DNA from: the human T2T-CHM13v2.0 reference genome, Homo sapiens | Assembly (NCBI RefSeq): GCF_009914755.1 | Contig: NC_060929.1 | Length of the DNA stretch: 64,000 nucleotides | Strand: one strand, 5' to 3' | Shown here: positions 51,419 to 64,000 of the stretch, piece after piece | How positions within the stretch are numbered: the stretch's first letter is position 1 | Layout: every line of letters starts with the position of its first letter | The notes under the pieces: model-generated | What the model was told of the DNA's origin: nothing | The model's input: only the letters and a program-made list of their open reading frames with translations | Database searches by the model: none | Translations under genes and position numbers: made by a program

Positions 51419-52889
51419 GCCTGGCTATATATTTTTTTGTCAAGCTCTAATTCCACAGTTGACTGAACTAAATGATATTTAGTTCAGGACCCAGGTAACT
51501 AACCAAAATTTAAGAGAGAAATTATTTGAAATTGAGAAAAAATATTTGACTCTTAATGCTGTTAAACATGATATGACTAACTCCCACTCTACAATGTTCT
51601 TCCAGTTTTCCCATCCATGGACTCTGCCACCAAGCAAAGAAGAGGATTTACATATGACCAACTTCAGCAGAGCAAATGGAGAAATTATATGGCTGTGTTC
51701 CAGCCCTGGCTGGTTACATATTTTATATTTTATAGCTATTTCTCTGTCAGAATTATAAATCAACCACACACACAAAAAGGTCTAATTTAAAATGGGGCAT
51801 ATCAGAAAATCACAACTCAGCAAAATATGGCATTTTCCTGACAAATACTGCATAACTAAACTATATATGCACATTCTGGTTTTAGAGACTGTCCAAACTA
51901 CAGGGTGATTTGGGACTTCAGTTCCTCATCCCTGCATGCTGGACGGATTTCAAGAAGATAATTAAAGTCGACGGTACCTGGTATATGAAATCAAACACCC
52001 ATCCTCTACTCCCTGGGTTTGGAAGATCAAAGATAATAAGCCTGTCATAAACTAAGGCAAAGGGCCACCAGGGAGTGACAAATCCCTATCAGGTTTAAAT
52101 TTTGTCAGAACAGTCAGTGTAGAAATAGAGTTGGTGAACATGCCAACCCTCCCTGTAACCTAGTCTGAGCAGCACTGAAGGAAAACTGGCCAGGCCTTTC
52201 AACATGTTGGCAAAAGCCACCCCCTGACATCCTGGAAAAGAGCAGAGAATGGGAGAAATGTGCTGGAGAGCAGAGCTCATCTGTCCAGCCAGCACTCAAC
52301 TTAACTGTGGCCAGAACCTGCCATTGGATATTTCCATGCAGTTATTAATAAGCTCTACACAAAAACTACCTGGAGGCTGAATCTGACTCTGGGATTTGGT
52401 GTTAAATACCAGAGGGTATACAGTGTCCTGCCAAGGATAAATTTTATAACCCTACATTCCTTTACTGGTGATTTATATTCCTTTCCTTATCAGGTTAGAA
52501 AGAGGTAAGGGTACAATCAACGGATTCCATATCAAATCAAAAGTCCTAAGGTCTGGAATATGTTATTGAACTTGTGAACAAAAGACATTCTAGGATTTGA
52601 GATATCAATTCAACTTGTTTCTTGCACCATTATGATAAAAAGGAGAATTCTTTGTAGTTTATTATCTCACATCTACATTATCTTAATTTATCTTCCCAAC
52701 TCTGCAAAGCAAGCAGAGCTGATATTCTGTTTGAGAGTGTGTGGATATGAAATTGAAGATCAGGGCCTGAATAGCTTCTCAGGTTCCCATAGCCATTTCC
52801 AGAGCTGTCTCATGTTTTCTGACCCCAAGTCCAAGTTCTCTCCAACACAGTCTTTCCCGGGCAGATTATAGGGGTTCTACCCACTTCAA

Positions 52890-53482
52890 CAGCAGGTCTT
52901 CAAATAATGTTTCATTCAATATTATTTCGTTATAACATTGATGAGAAGGAAAAAAATAGATTTCTCCCCAGAGCCGCTGTCTTTGTGGAGTTTGCATGCT
53001 CTCCCCGTATCTGTGTGAGTTCTCTCTGGGTCCTGCAGTTTCCTCCTATATCCCAAAGATATGCACATTCAGTTCATTGGTGTGTCTAAATTGTCCCTGA
53101 GTGAGTGTGGGTGGGTGAGTGAGTGCACCCTGTAATGGGAAAGTGTCCTGTTCAGGGTTGGTGTCTGCCCTGTGCCCCAAGCTGCTGGGATAGGCTCTGG
53201 CCACTGTCGACCCTGAACTGGAATAAGCAGTTGAACAATTATCTTGCTTGTTTGTATTAATCTTAAATCTATGTATAACTCAAATTTATTTCAATGCTTA
53301 ATATCCAAAGTATATTGGTGTTTATTTGGAAGTTCGATGTTTTGAGACCAAAAATATGCTGTAGGAACTTAACTCTTGTTTATATCATTTAGCCTATGGT
53401 AAAATTGGTTTCGTCATACACTATTTTGCTTATAGTTGCAGTTTCCAAGAACCTATCAACAGTGTTAAGTGAGGACTTACTG
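52890..53482. mobile_element. MER6A (TcMar-Tigger) with SINE V-domain-like core
   Basis: Termini CAGCAGGTCTTC ... GAGGACTTACTG+TA; internal TGTGGAGTTTGCATGCTCTCCCCGT...GTTTCCTCCTATATCCCAAAGA. Confidence 0.88.
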
Positions 53483-53784
53483 TATTGCTATCTTAATAGT
53501 CCCTGGTATGAGCAATTTATCACATAGATGAAACTCCTTTATAAAGAGGTACTTTTAGCAATTTGACAGCTGAAATCCTTCAGGTGGATCCAAAAGGTAC
53601 CCATCTGGTATTGCATTCTGTTCTTTCTATAATGGTCTAGAGTAAGTTTATTTTAATAGTTTAACTATAAAATATATTCACATTCATTATTAATACATGG
53701 TTTATGCCTTTAAAACAATTAGTCTAAGGCCTTTGAACAAAATTTAAAACATTTTAAAAGCATCTTTTAAGGAACAGTTTGCAT

Positions 53785-54045
53785 TGTTTATTCAGTTCAA
53801 AAAATATTCATTGAGCACCTATCAAGCATTGTCTAGGGCAGTAAGAAGGCAGAAGTGGTCAAGACAAGGACCCTCCTCTAAAGAGCTTAAACCAGAGAGA
53901 GGAAGTCAAATAAGAAAAAATAAATAAATGCATGTATTGCTCTAAGAACTAAATTGGAACAAGGGCAGAGGGATCCAGAAGCAGAGAAAGGGCACTTGAT
54001 CCAGTTTCAGAGAAGGCTTTCCAGGGGAAATAACATCAATGCCAA
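53785..54045 (-). mobile_element. L2 3' fragment
   Basis: TTCAAAAAATATTCATTGAGCACCTA...AAGACAAGGACCCT...AGAGCTTA...AGAGAAGGCTTTCCAGGGGA. Confidence 0.75.
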
Positions 54046-54134
54046 TAGTTTGGGAGAACAGAGTGTTGTAACATGTTTCCAGCCTCATGTGTACCTCCAG
54101 GGCCGCTGGGGAGCTCTGACGAATATTTAAACGC

Positions 54135-54280
54135 ACATGTCCTTTCCCACTGCTTTGCTTTACCCACTCTACTCCTTTAGCCAGAAAACCTCCTCTTGAA
54201 TTTTATTCCTATATCATCTTCATCATCCTTCACAGCTCAGCTTTAATGTGGTGTCTTCTCAGAAGCTTTCCTTGACCATA
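54135..54280 (+). mobile_element. L2 fragment
   Basis: TCATCCTTCACAGCTCAGCTTTAATG...TCTTCTCAGAAGCTTTCCTTGACC. Confidence 0.55.
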
Positions 54281-57200
54281 TTTGAAGAAACTGAACTAAA
54301 GCTAATCTGAAAAGCTTGTAAATGCAAGACTCAAGTTCTATTACATTGCCCTTGATCATTCAGAAATTCTAAGCCCCTCAGCTAAATTTAGTCATTAAAA
54401 GATCACTGTCCATTCTTTAATGTTTTAAGAATAAGTTGTACTATTTCCTAGTTGACTGTTAGTGGAGCCTACAGGGGGAAATCATGGCCATTCCTAAATT
54501 TCTCCAAGGCTTGTGTTATTGCGGCATCTTGGTCTCCAGCTGAAGCCCTTGGGGAAAGAGATAAAGTTGCCCCTTCTGTTCCACTGGATCCCAGCTTGGG
54601 TACGTCAGGCAGCTTAAAGGGTGACCACCATCAGAATCCTTGGTCAACTGGTGGCAGTTTGGGGTGAAAACATGTCAAAATTACATTGCAATTTTTTTAC
54701 TCTAAAATTACATAGTGGTTCCTTTGACCATCAGTAAATCTTTACAAATGGGACCAAAACAACTTTCTTTGGAGACACCATGGGACTAAAGAAAGAGACA
54801 ATATTCCTATTATAGAATTTTGCAAACTCTCCGGATGTCCTAACAATAAGTTACAGATGTTTAATCCTAAATTAAGAAGCTAAATATAATGTGGACTTTA
54901 CAAATGGCAATTTTCTATAATTTGAGGAAAATATCTGGTAGCTCAGTTCCCACTAGAAATGTTTGGCAATGGTTCTGCTCTCTGTTAAACATCTCTGGTA
55001 TGATTTCCTAAGGACAGAATCATAGCAGAAGACAACAGATTTTTTTTTTTTTTAAAGAAAAACAACATAGAATTGATCAAGAAACTATAATTTGAATTTT
55101 CCTCTGGGCATGTGGGTATTGTTTTATAACTGAGAGAAGCATTAAAATATCAAGGGAACTACATTCATATTTGTATTAATTCTATTGAATCATTTCTTGG
55201 CTTATCATATTTTGTGTTATTGCCTTGTTCTCCTTTGTTTTGAAAAGAAACTTTATCAGTTTTCCTGTGTCATGCCATTTTATCTCTTCACTCTGCCTGC
55301 AATAAGATATCAGCCTAATATTGGCAGAGCAACTCCGTACAATGATCCTTTGTTCTGGGAAAAAAAATTGCATGAATAGTATATTATTAAAATAGAGAAG
55401 GAAGTGTGTTTCATTTGTTATTTATTTAGTGAATATTGTCATGGTACCAGGTGCTTTACAAAAGACAAATAAGTGAAGCAATAATACGGTGCACTTGGAT
55501 CTTGCATTTAATGTAAGGATCTCTGAGTACTTACCAAACACTGACTCATAAATCAACTCACTTCAGATAGGATGTAAAGGTTGCTTTAAATCTACAGTCA
55601 ACTTTGCAGAACCTGCTGTAAAAAATGCTCCACGGCACCAAGCACTGTACAGCCTGCCTTGCCGCATCTCTGATACCTCTGAGGACACAGGGAAAGATGA
55701 AATCACAATGGGAGTGGGGCTATGAGAGATGGTGGGTGAATTTTGAAGAAAGGAAGCTAGAAAAAAAAATGGTAACAAATAGAAGAGAATCTGGGAAACT
55801 GAAAGCTAAAGCAGTGAATTTCATAGACAACTGACAGATAACTTCAGGTTCTAAACAAATGCAAACTTGACAGCTGTCAGAGTAAATATTTTATTGACCT
55901 TAGATTTGGCTCTTATCTTTGTCTAACACATTCGTGACTTCTGAAGTTGGTTTCTTCTGCACAGGAGAAAATTTCTCGAAATTTTTCAAGATATGAATAG
56001 ACTGGATTGTATTTTTCTAGTCACAAAGCTGAAATCTGCTCTATCCTTAATAATTATCACGTAGAATTTGCTGCATACCATCTTGATGTGAAAGTTGAAA
56101 TTAGGAAAATCTTACCAACTCAGATCACACTAAATTCTGAATCTGTCGGAAGATAGCCAGAAATCTGTAGAAGACTACGCTTCTGAGATTTTTCAGGTAA
56201 TGCCCAAGCAGGGTTACAGCTGTGACACAGCAGAGGCCAAAGGCAACAGACAGCAACCATTCAGGTATCCCTGACATCCCTCTGCAGGCCTTCACAGAGA
56301 GTCAAAACTCAATATTTCAAAATGTATGCTTTTTCTCTCGGAAGAGTTTGGTGAGCCCTATAATCAGAAAGAAAACGGACAGCAGAGGGCCGGCAGCCAG
56401 GTCTTCCAATTACTATTTCAAAATCAGGAACCAGAGACCATGCCTGTGCAGAGGATCTCAGCTTGAGCCTGGGTTTTCTGCCATCCATTTGCAGGGTCCA
56501 GGCCTCTCTTGGCTTAGGCTGGTGGCTTGGGCCAGATGGAAGTCTAGTGCATGGGGAATGAGCAGCCTCTTGGGAACAAGCCAGCATTGCACCTGCTGCT
56601 GGGAAGTGTGTGATCTGGGCACATTACAGTCTAGTGGAGTACCAGGCAAAATTCCACTCTCAGGGAAGACGCAGGTACCCCCAGGAGACAGCTCATTATA
56701 AGAGAGGAAGAAGCCAGGAATAGGGCTGAGTAACGAAGTCTTAGAATTCAAAGAGGGTGTAGGAGGGGTCTACATGGAGCAAGTGGTCTCTACTCAATGC
56801 CCAGCCCAATCCCTTAGACCACATGCTTAGGTCCTAGGGAGAGGCACCATAACAAAACTTGAGTAGCTGTTTCAATAGATGTTTTAGCCCACTGGGCTCA
56901 TGTCCCACATCTAACACAGTGTGACACAAAAGGACAGGAGCCCTTCTTCCTGACTCTGCCAGAGGCCATTGCCAACTTTGGCACTCAGTGATTACAACTG
57001 TGCCTGCCCTGCCTGACAAGCCTAATAAGCTCAGCAAGAGTGACTCCAGGTTGGAGAACAGGGAAGAGGAGCTGCAGCCTGGGACAGCTCAGATCCATAG
57101 GCAGGAGGGCCTGGGGACACCTGTAAACCTCTCCTTGAGGACCCCTAGATTACTTGAGGGAGGAAAAAAAGAACATTATTAGAGAGCTTATGACAGCTGT

Positions 57201-59809
57201 TTGAGAAAATAAGGTATTTGGGGTTGTGATTCGAATAATTTTATGTGTCTGAACATTCATAATTTTCCCACATTTGCAATTTCAGCTATTGTCTGTTTCA
57301 AAATCAATACATGACAAGAGATTGCACGTTTGTCTTCAGAGAACATGAGGAACAGGTTAGATGAAAACCTACTCCACAGACCCTATTGGGAAGAACACAG
57401 CAAAGTCATGGAGTGGATTATTGGTGGAAGAAAGAGAAACAGGGTAATATTTTAGGTTCTGCAATAAGAAAGAAGGTGAAGTTTGAAGAACCTGACGATC
57501 CCCAAAAGGACTTAACAAAAGTAATATAAATGTCTTAAACATTGGGGAAGAAGAGGGAATTTTCAAATTTCATATAGGAGCAGACTGTATCCAACCATGT
57601 AGCAGGATGTATTCTCCTCTTCAACCTGTATGCTTATTACAAACAAATTAATCTAATCTATTTAGAATTTAGCCATGTAGTACATTTTTCTTTTAATCTT
57701 CTATATACAAACATCCATTAATGCTTTTTGATAAAATGATAATTCCAAGTCCCTACGGTCCCCCTGTTGGCAACATTTTATAGCCATTAGTTGAGTTACT
57801 ACGTAGGCATTAAAGTAATAGAATTACATTTCTTTCGCTATTCAGGCCCTTTTGGGAATTCAAACAGCTCTTTACAACCATCAGGACCAATTAGGGAGGT
57901 GATACTGTGTTTTAATTGACAGACTGCAAGAGGTTTCTCTGACCAGTCAGGAAACCAATAGGATCCAAACAAAATGAAATGCCCTAGAAGCAGAATGATT
58001 TACAGTTGTGTCTGTATTTAGCAAAGCATTCCATAAATAGTGAAAAAATACAGGCTCTTCTTGCTCTGTTTGGTTTTCCTCAAACAATAATCATGCTAAT
58101 GATAATACTGTCTGTGCACAATGCAAACACACTTTACTCTTTCTTCTTGCCTATGTCTCTGTAACTGGGGCTCTTCTGGTTGAATTATCTGCAGTGGCTA
58201 AGAAGTGACCTGTGACGGCTGCTGTTCTCTACTGTAGAATGGGGACCCCATAGCAAGAATCACAGTAGGATTACCTCAGTTAAACGCACTAACTTTGATG
58301 TTAGGGAAATGAATCATCAACTGCTTTATAATTTATTTACCAAACAAGATTTCTCTCCTCTTTCCATTCTATGTTTCCTTCCACTTTCTGTTTCTTTTCA
58401 TCTATTTGGGCCTCTTATCTCTTTATAATGCCCCTTTTAGTTGGGCTACTCAGGACCATAGTAGGCTGCTCACACATGAGCAGCCAGAGAATAGGGAGAA
58501 ATGATGACAGCCCTCCACCTGCCTTTTACCTCTTTTGCCTGTATCTGTCTTTCTCCCTTTTGAATGTCTTTTGACTTCCTCCTTGGGAGTAGTCTTTTAT
58601 GCTTCCAAAGCACTTCTGCATTTCCTATCTGTATCCAGTGATTTAGTCTTTAGTGCCATGAGTTCAGGGATAAAAATTAATGTGCTCACATAGCAACGTT
58701 TCCATTTTGATTATGTTGCCTGATCCTAAACAGGTAATCAGATATATTCAGAAATGCACAAGGATTTATGGGTATTATATCATCTTTTTAAACTTTTTAA
58801 TCGCAGTTTTTCCACAGTTGTGTAAAGTACAACCTTTCCCTGCTTCTGCCTCCCCAAGTGACTTTTCTGACTTTATTATAGAATTAGAACAAGGAGTAAA
58901 GCATGAGAGAACAACCATAAGCATAAGGAGATTGGGTCAGGATCCAAGGGTCTCCTGAGGATGGGATCTACAAAAAGCTGAGCTATAGATTCTATCTATC
59001 CACCGATCCATCACTCCATCTACTTACTGCCTAACTCTTTATTACACATATAGTGGGCATCATGCTATTGACAACTCCCTGGGGTCTACCCACTCTACAA
59101 ATTTGTCTGTCTGATGGATGCCACTTAATGTTCTTAGGCTTCCTCCAGTTGTATCAGATTCCTTTTCCTCATGCTGCCATTGCAACCTCTGCATATCCTA
59201 ACTGATCATATCACTTTGTATCATAATTGTAATTGTTACTCAGTAGCTATCTGTCCCTGTAAATCTTGAAATTCTTAAAGTCAGACTCCTGTTCTTCCCT
59301 CTCACATACCTCCCCCACCCCCAGGCCATCTGCTCCTTTGCAGCCTGGAAGGACACAATGAATAGCTGCCAATACCTCACTGCCACAGGGGAGAGCCTGT
59401 CTGAGAATGCAGGCAACTGTGAGGAAGGGAAACAAGAGGTAGAGAAGAAGAAAGACTTCAGGAGGGCAAGGGCAGCCTGATGCACTTGTGAATCTTTTGT
59501 TCAATATAAAGATGATTTCCAGAAAAAAAAAATCTTAGCATCTACTTTAACCATCTAGTATCTATTTAAATTTTTAAGAAATAATACTGGAAATAGACAT
59601 TGAAAAACATCCTGGTTAACAAAATATGACACCTAACAACTTTGTATCCATTTCCACCTGCCTATTTTCTATTTACTTTTTTTCTTTTCTTTTGTTGATG
59701 TCAAGGATAAACCAAAATAGGAACACTTTTCAAATTAATGAATTAGGCTTTCTGACTATGAATATGGGCTTGAAATCTCAGGCACGTCTTGATCTCTGTT
59801 ACATGAAAT

Positions 59810-59862
59810 ACAATCTTCTAGAAAACAAAGACATAGTTGACAATCTTCTAGAAAACAAAGAC
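59810..59862 (+). repeat. Perfect 23-bp direct repeat, period 30
   Basis: ACAATCTTCTAGAAAACAAAGAC at 59810-59832 and 59840-59862, spacer ATAGTTG. Confidence 0.95.
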
Positions 59863-61142
59863 TATATTTTACTGGCAACCTCAAAGACAAGCTCATTATA
59901 TTCATTACAATTTAATATGTTTCTTAATGACTCATCAGCAAGACATAAAATATTGCATTTTGAAAAGAAGTCTCATTTGGATGTTAATTTGCAAATAAAA
60001 GTCAGGAAGAAGTTTGTATAAATTATTTTTGTAAATATATGTACATAAAATATCTTCTAAAATTTTAACAAACCTGTGAATAAAATCTTCTTGTGAAGAA
60101 TGATAATCACCCTGACTTGGAATAATTTTATCACAGTCTATCTACCATGAGCTTCTTTAGTAATCTGAAGGGTGAGATTAGACTCTCATTATGAACTACT
60201 TATAAACATAATTTAAGATGATGGGAAAGTAATTTGAAGAATTTGGGGCCTGATAATGAGTTTCCTTTGAAGTTGAGGAGGGGTGGCAGTGGGAACAGAA
60301 TTTGAGATAATTGCTGGTTGTCTCCAAGGAGTCCAAATGTTGATGAAGCTTCTGTGTTTAATAATTAAAGACGCTAACCTCAGAGAAAGATGGAGCCACG
60401 TTGTCAGTTACCCCTGGATACTTCCAAAGCCTGTGTCTTGGTCTAACAATCCACTCTGACTTTGTCCTCCTCCTCCCACTTAACTCCCACTTCTGCACTT
60501 GCTGTGTCTCTGTTAGGCACTGAGAAGAACAATTGAAAGCATGAAGAATAGAAGAAAATCTGCTTAGGAAACTTGACTCTGGCAGCATGGCACACTGAGT
60601 TCGTGCAGTATGCACCTTCCTGCCTCACGTGCCTTTCTGGAGAACAAGGATAACAAGGATATCTCTCCCATGCATGTTCAGGAAATCAACCAATGTTTGC
60701 CATACTCTTAAGTTTATAAGCTTTGCATCTGGGTGAAGTCCAATTAATGCATCCATAAAAAAACTTTTCCTAGGAAAAAGGAGGAACTCTGAGTGTAGTT
60801 TTTTCTTCCCATTTATTTGAACCTATTGCTAAACTCATGGGAACTTCAGTTAATCATACTATGCCTGCAATATTCTCCCAGGATCAACTACCATGGGAAC
60901 TCAAAGTTCATTTGCAGTGTTCTACATTTGTCCTGGGTGACCTTTAGTCCAATCAAAGGTGTCTCTTGGTACAGCTGTGAATTCTAACGAATATTGGAGA
61001 GAGTTGTGCTCATTTTTTCTTGCCAATTCCTGAGTATCCTTCTGGTCTAGAGCCATTTTATAGCCAGGCAAGCAGAGCACCTAGAAGAAGCAATAAGAAA
61101 TGAAGAGGACGGCCACAGATTGCCCAGAAAACAAGGTCAAAG

Positions 61143-61275
61143 GCATGACCTCACCTGCCTCAACTTGACTAATTACATCTGCAATGACTAGTCCCAAGTA
61201 AGGCCACATTCTGAAGTACTGAGCATTAGGACTTCAGTATATAATATTTAAGAGGATACAATTCAACCCATAGCA
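61143..61275 (-). mobile_element. MLT1C/B fragment
   Basis: ATGACCTCA...AATTACATCTGCAATGAC...CACATTCTGAAGTACTG...TAGGACTTCA...ACAATTCAACCCATAGCA. Confidence 0.85.
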
Positions 61276-63734
61276 ACTAAATTGTATCTAAATCAGTCAT
61301 TCCCCAATCCTGGTTTAAGGCCAAAGCAGATGGGAGCTGCAACCTCCCTCTCAGATCAATTTCTCCCAGATCAAGTCTTTTCTGCTCTGCTGTAGGCCAC
61401 ACTGTGTGACCCTGTCTCTTACAGACCTCCCTGATCCCTTCACCTCTCCCCACCGCCCAGACATGCTGTCTATTGCTTCCTGCTCCCCCCAACCCAGGGA
61501 GGGGGCAGAGGAAGTAGGGGGTAGGGGAAGCCGCTGTTTGTCCACTTCTCTTGGCTCACACAGAATGTGGGCCCTGGTAAAGAGTGGGTCAATAAAACAC
61601 CTTTCCTTGGTGTCAACATATGATACCACAGGAGCTCTTAAAATCACTAAAAACAAAATAACCAAGAAAACTGTATTTTCCCTCATGGGTGGGACTGCAC
61701 AGCCCTCTGAGAGCATGTTCAAATAACAACATATGTCTCTCTGTTGTCTTCATAGGAGAACAGATTCTGCTAACTAAAGGATTTTGGATTTGTAGAGTAG
61801 GGTTTTCAGGGCTGGGGGCAACATTTAATTGCTCACATCAGTCAAAGCAAAACTGAGTTCTACCAGTTTTCCTTCTCTGCCCTTCCTCTATTCAGTGACT
61901 ACCACCAGCACCCCCCGCCACCCCACTTAACAAATGTGGAGTCTAAGTATTACCAATGTGAAGGTAGTTCCAAATTATTTCATAGGCTCGGGCACCTGCA
62001 AGTATCGCTCTGCCCAGGATATTCCAAATGCAGTGAAGTAACACCAGAAATGATGTTTTCATTTGCATCAACATAATTATGGGAGAATGGACTTATAGCA
62101 CTGAATGTGATTTTAAAATGTCACTCCCAGAAGCTGGACATTTGGGCTCTCCTTCATATTGTAGAGCAGAAATCTTTAAGCTGATAAACTTGCGATAAAA
62201 CAAGTGTCTAGAAGGTGGCATGATAAACTAAAATTTTACTTTATGATTTTTCTACATTTAAAAATTGTAAATATATCTTTCTAAACATATGTATGGGTTT
62301 GAAGTTGCTGAGCACTTTCTTGGGAAGGATGGTGCTGCTTCCCACTCTTTAGGGATACATTGTCCTTTCATAGAGCAAGCAATGAGAAGAGATGATCATC
62401 TTTTTTTCAATATCCTTTCTTGGCACAAATGAAAACTGGCAACCCTAAAGCGATCTGCCCCCTCCCTTTACACACACACAGATTTGCTTTTATTTATATA
62501 TATTTTTAGCTTTTTTTTTTTTTAACTAAGTCTGTGATATCCAGAAGTCTAAAACCACTGGTCAAAATGACCAAAGACCAAAACAAAACAAAACAACAAC
62601 AAAAATCCCTTTAGAGCTGGCTCAGATAATACGGTCTACTGTAAAGGACCTTAAGAAATAGCTGCAGAAGAGAAGAAAACAATAGGCTTGATCACAAACT
62701 CCTTCTGAAATGAAGCTAACACATGTCCCCAGTAGCCTTCCCCCTATGAAGCATGAGCTCATCTTCCAGCATGGATAGCAGTCTTGACTAACTCCAAAGA
62801 ACATTGCTGCTTAATCCCACCTAAAACAATCTCTCTGCAATACCAGCATCTTTACGTCTGCTCGTTGTCCCTCTCTGCCTAGCACGGCCTTTGTGCACTT
62901 TACAATATTTATACCTCTCTGTCTGAACTGCTGGCTGGTGAGCAGACTGTCTCAGACTGTCTAGAGAGCAGGAAGCAGATGGAAAATAAATACAGATGAG
63001 GAGCTCTGGGGGCAAAGCTGCAGACGGGACAAGAGGGCCAGGAAATAAACAAACAGGAAAGAGACTGACTGGTCTTTCTGCCTTTCATCCCTGGCTCTAA
63101 GAGATAAGACTTAAACAGTAAGACGCCGACTGGGCTCGCTTTCAAATTCTACCCAGCTTCTACTTCAGGGTAGTTTTTTCGTTTCAATAGTCTATCTCTG
63201 CAGTTTTACAAAAGGATGGTTAAAATAAGCTCTTAATAAGTGATAATAATTCATTTCAAATACAATGATCATTATTACATTAGAGAGGTATAGGATGCAA
63301 GAATTTGAAACCATCTTCAACATAGTTGAATATAGTGCATGTATGTTAAAAGTAGGAGCACTGACTTAGACAGATCTTACGTGTTTTAAAGCAGAGCATC
63401 AGGTGCCCAGGTCTAGGGAAAACATGACAACACCGCCTTCGTCATTCTGCTAATGTTCCCTCTTCTCTCTTCTTTTGGCTGTCAAAGCCAGCTTTAATGA
63501 AAGAATCTCAAACCAATCATTTACGCCTCATAATAGACTTAAGTCAAAGCATTATCTCTGACCATAAGTCATTATTCTTATTGTAAATACTTTATACTCA
63601 AAGCCTGTTTGATTTATACTCAAATTCTGTTTGATTTTCCTCACTAGGAACGCCTTCCTTAAAACTTTCCATTATTGTGTGATACGCTTTTAATACCTCA
63701 CCCCAGGACCAAAGGCCTCCCTCTTGGCCTATGC

Positions 63735-63985
63735 TTAGGTGATTGGTATGAACAGCTCTGGTGCTAGATTACCCAAGTTCAAATCCTGACTTCCCCATGT
63801 GTAGTCATATGGCTTTGTCAATACTTTTTAATCTGAGTCTCAGTTTTCTTGTCTGCAAAATGAGGATGATAATAACATCACCTTCTTTATGAGATTATCA
63901 TGAAGATTAACTGTGGTAGAAATGTAAAGCTCTTGGAACAATGGGTGACCTTTGAGGATTAGCCAATATTATTCCTGTCATTGTA
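63735..63985 (+). mobile_element. MIR
   Basis: GCTCTGGTGCTAGATTACCCAAGTTCAAATCCTGAC...TCTGAGTCTCAGTTTTCTTGTCTGCAAAATGAGGATGATAATA. Confidence 0.8.
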
Positions 63986-64000
63986 TGGTCAGAAATGATC

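Noticed and set aside
56222-56751. 159-aa ORF and overlapping antisense ORFs
   Set aside because: GTG start, no domain similarity and no splice-compatible coding structure.
59626-60021. 131-aa ATG ORF with an internal repeat
   Set aside because: AT-rich chance ORF; the peptide repeat reflects the 30-bp-period DNA duplication.

Overview
This is primate (most likely human or hominoid) nuclear non-coding DNA, either intergenic or deep intronic; I cannot name the locus. No protein-coding exon, RNA gene, CpG island or CRISPR-like array is supported. The listed ORFs are Alu-derived, low-complexity or chance. The window is a mosaic of interspersed repeats: about ten Alus (J, S and Y classes) plus a FRAM, many MIR and L2 fragments, old L1M/HAL1 and CR1/L3 pieces, MaLR and ERV1 solo LTRs (MLT1, MST, MER57, MER34-like) and DNA-transposon fossils (MER5, MER6A, MER81, MER96, MER102, MADE1), several of them nested with visible target-site duplications. 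Repeat family names come from my recall of consensus sequences, and boundaries of old repeats are approximate. The best leads are: (i) a well-formed minus-strand non-coding exon (16388-16555) in the loop of an inverted Alu pair, plus more strong minus-strand splice signals near 36.7-36.9 kb and 41.5 kb, suggesting a spliced lncRNA and possible editing or circRNA substrate; (ii) an unexplained 150-180 bp local duplication (8.25 kb and 10.02 kb); (iii) compact transcription-factor motif clusters at 18.8, 32.1 and 55.9 kb; (iv) a young AluY carrying only part of the Ya5 diagnostics; (v) a MADE1 hairpin of the miR-548/SETMAR-site type. I see no evidence of a new multi-gene system.
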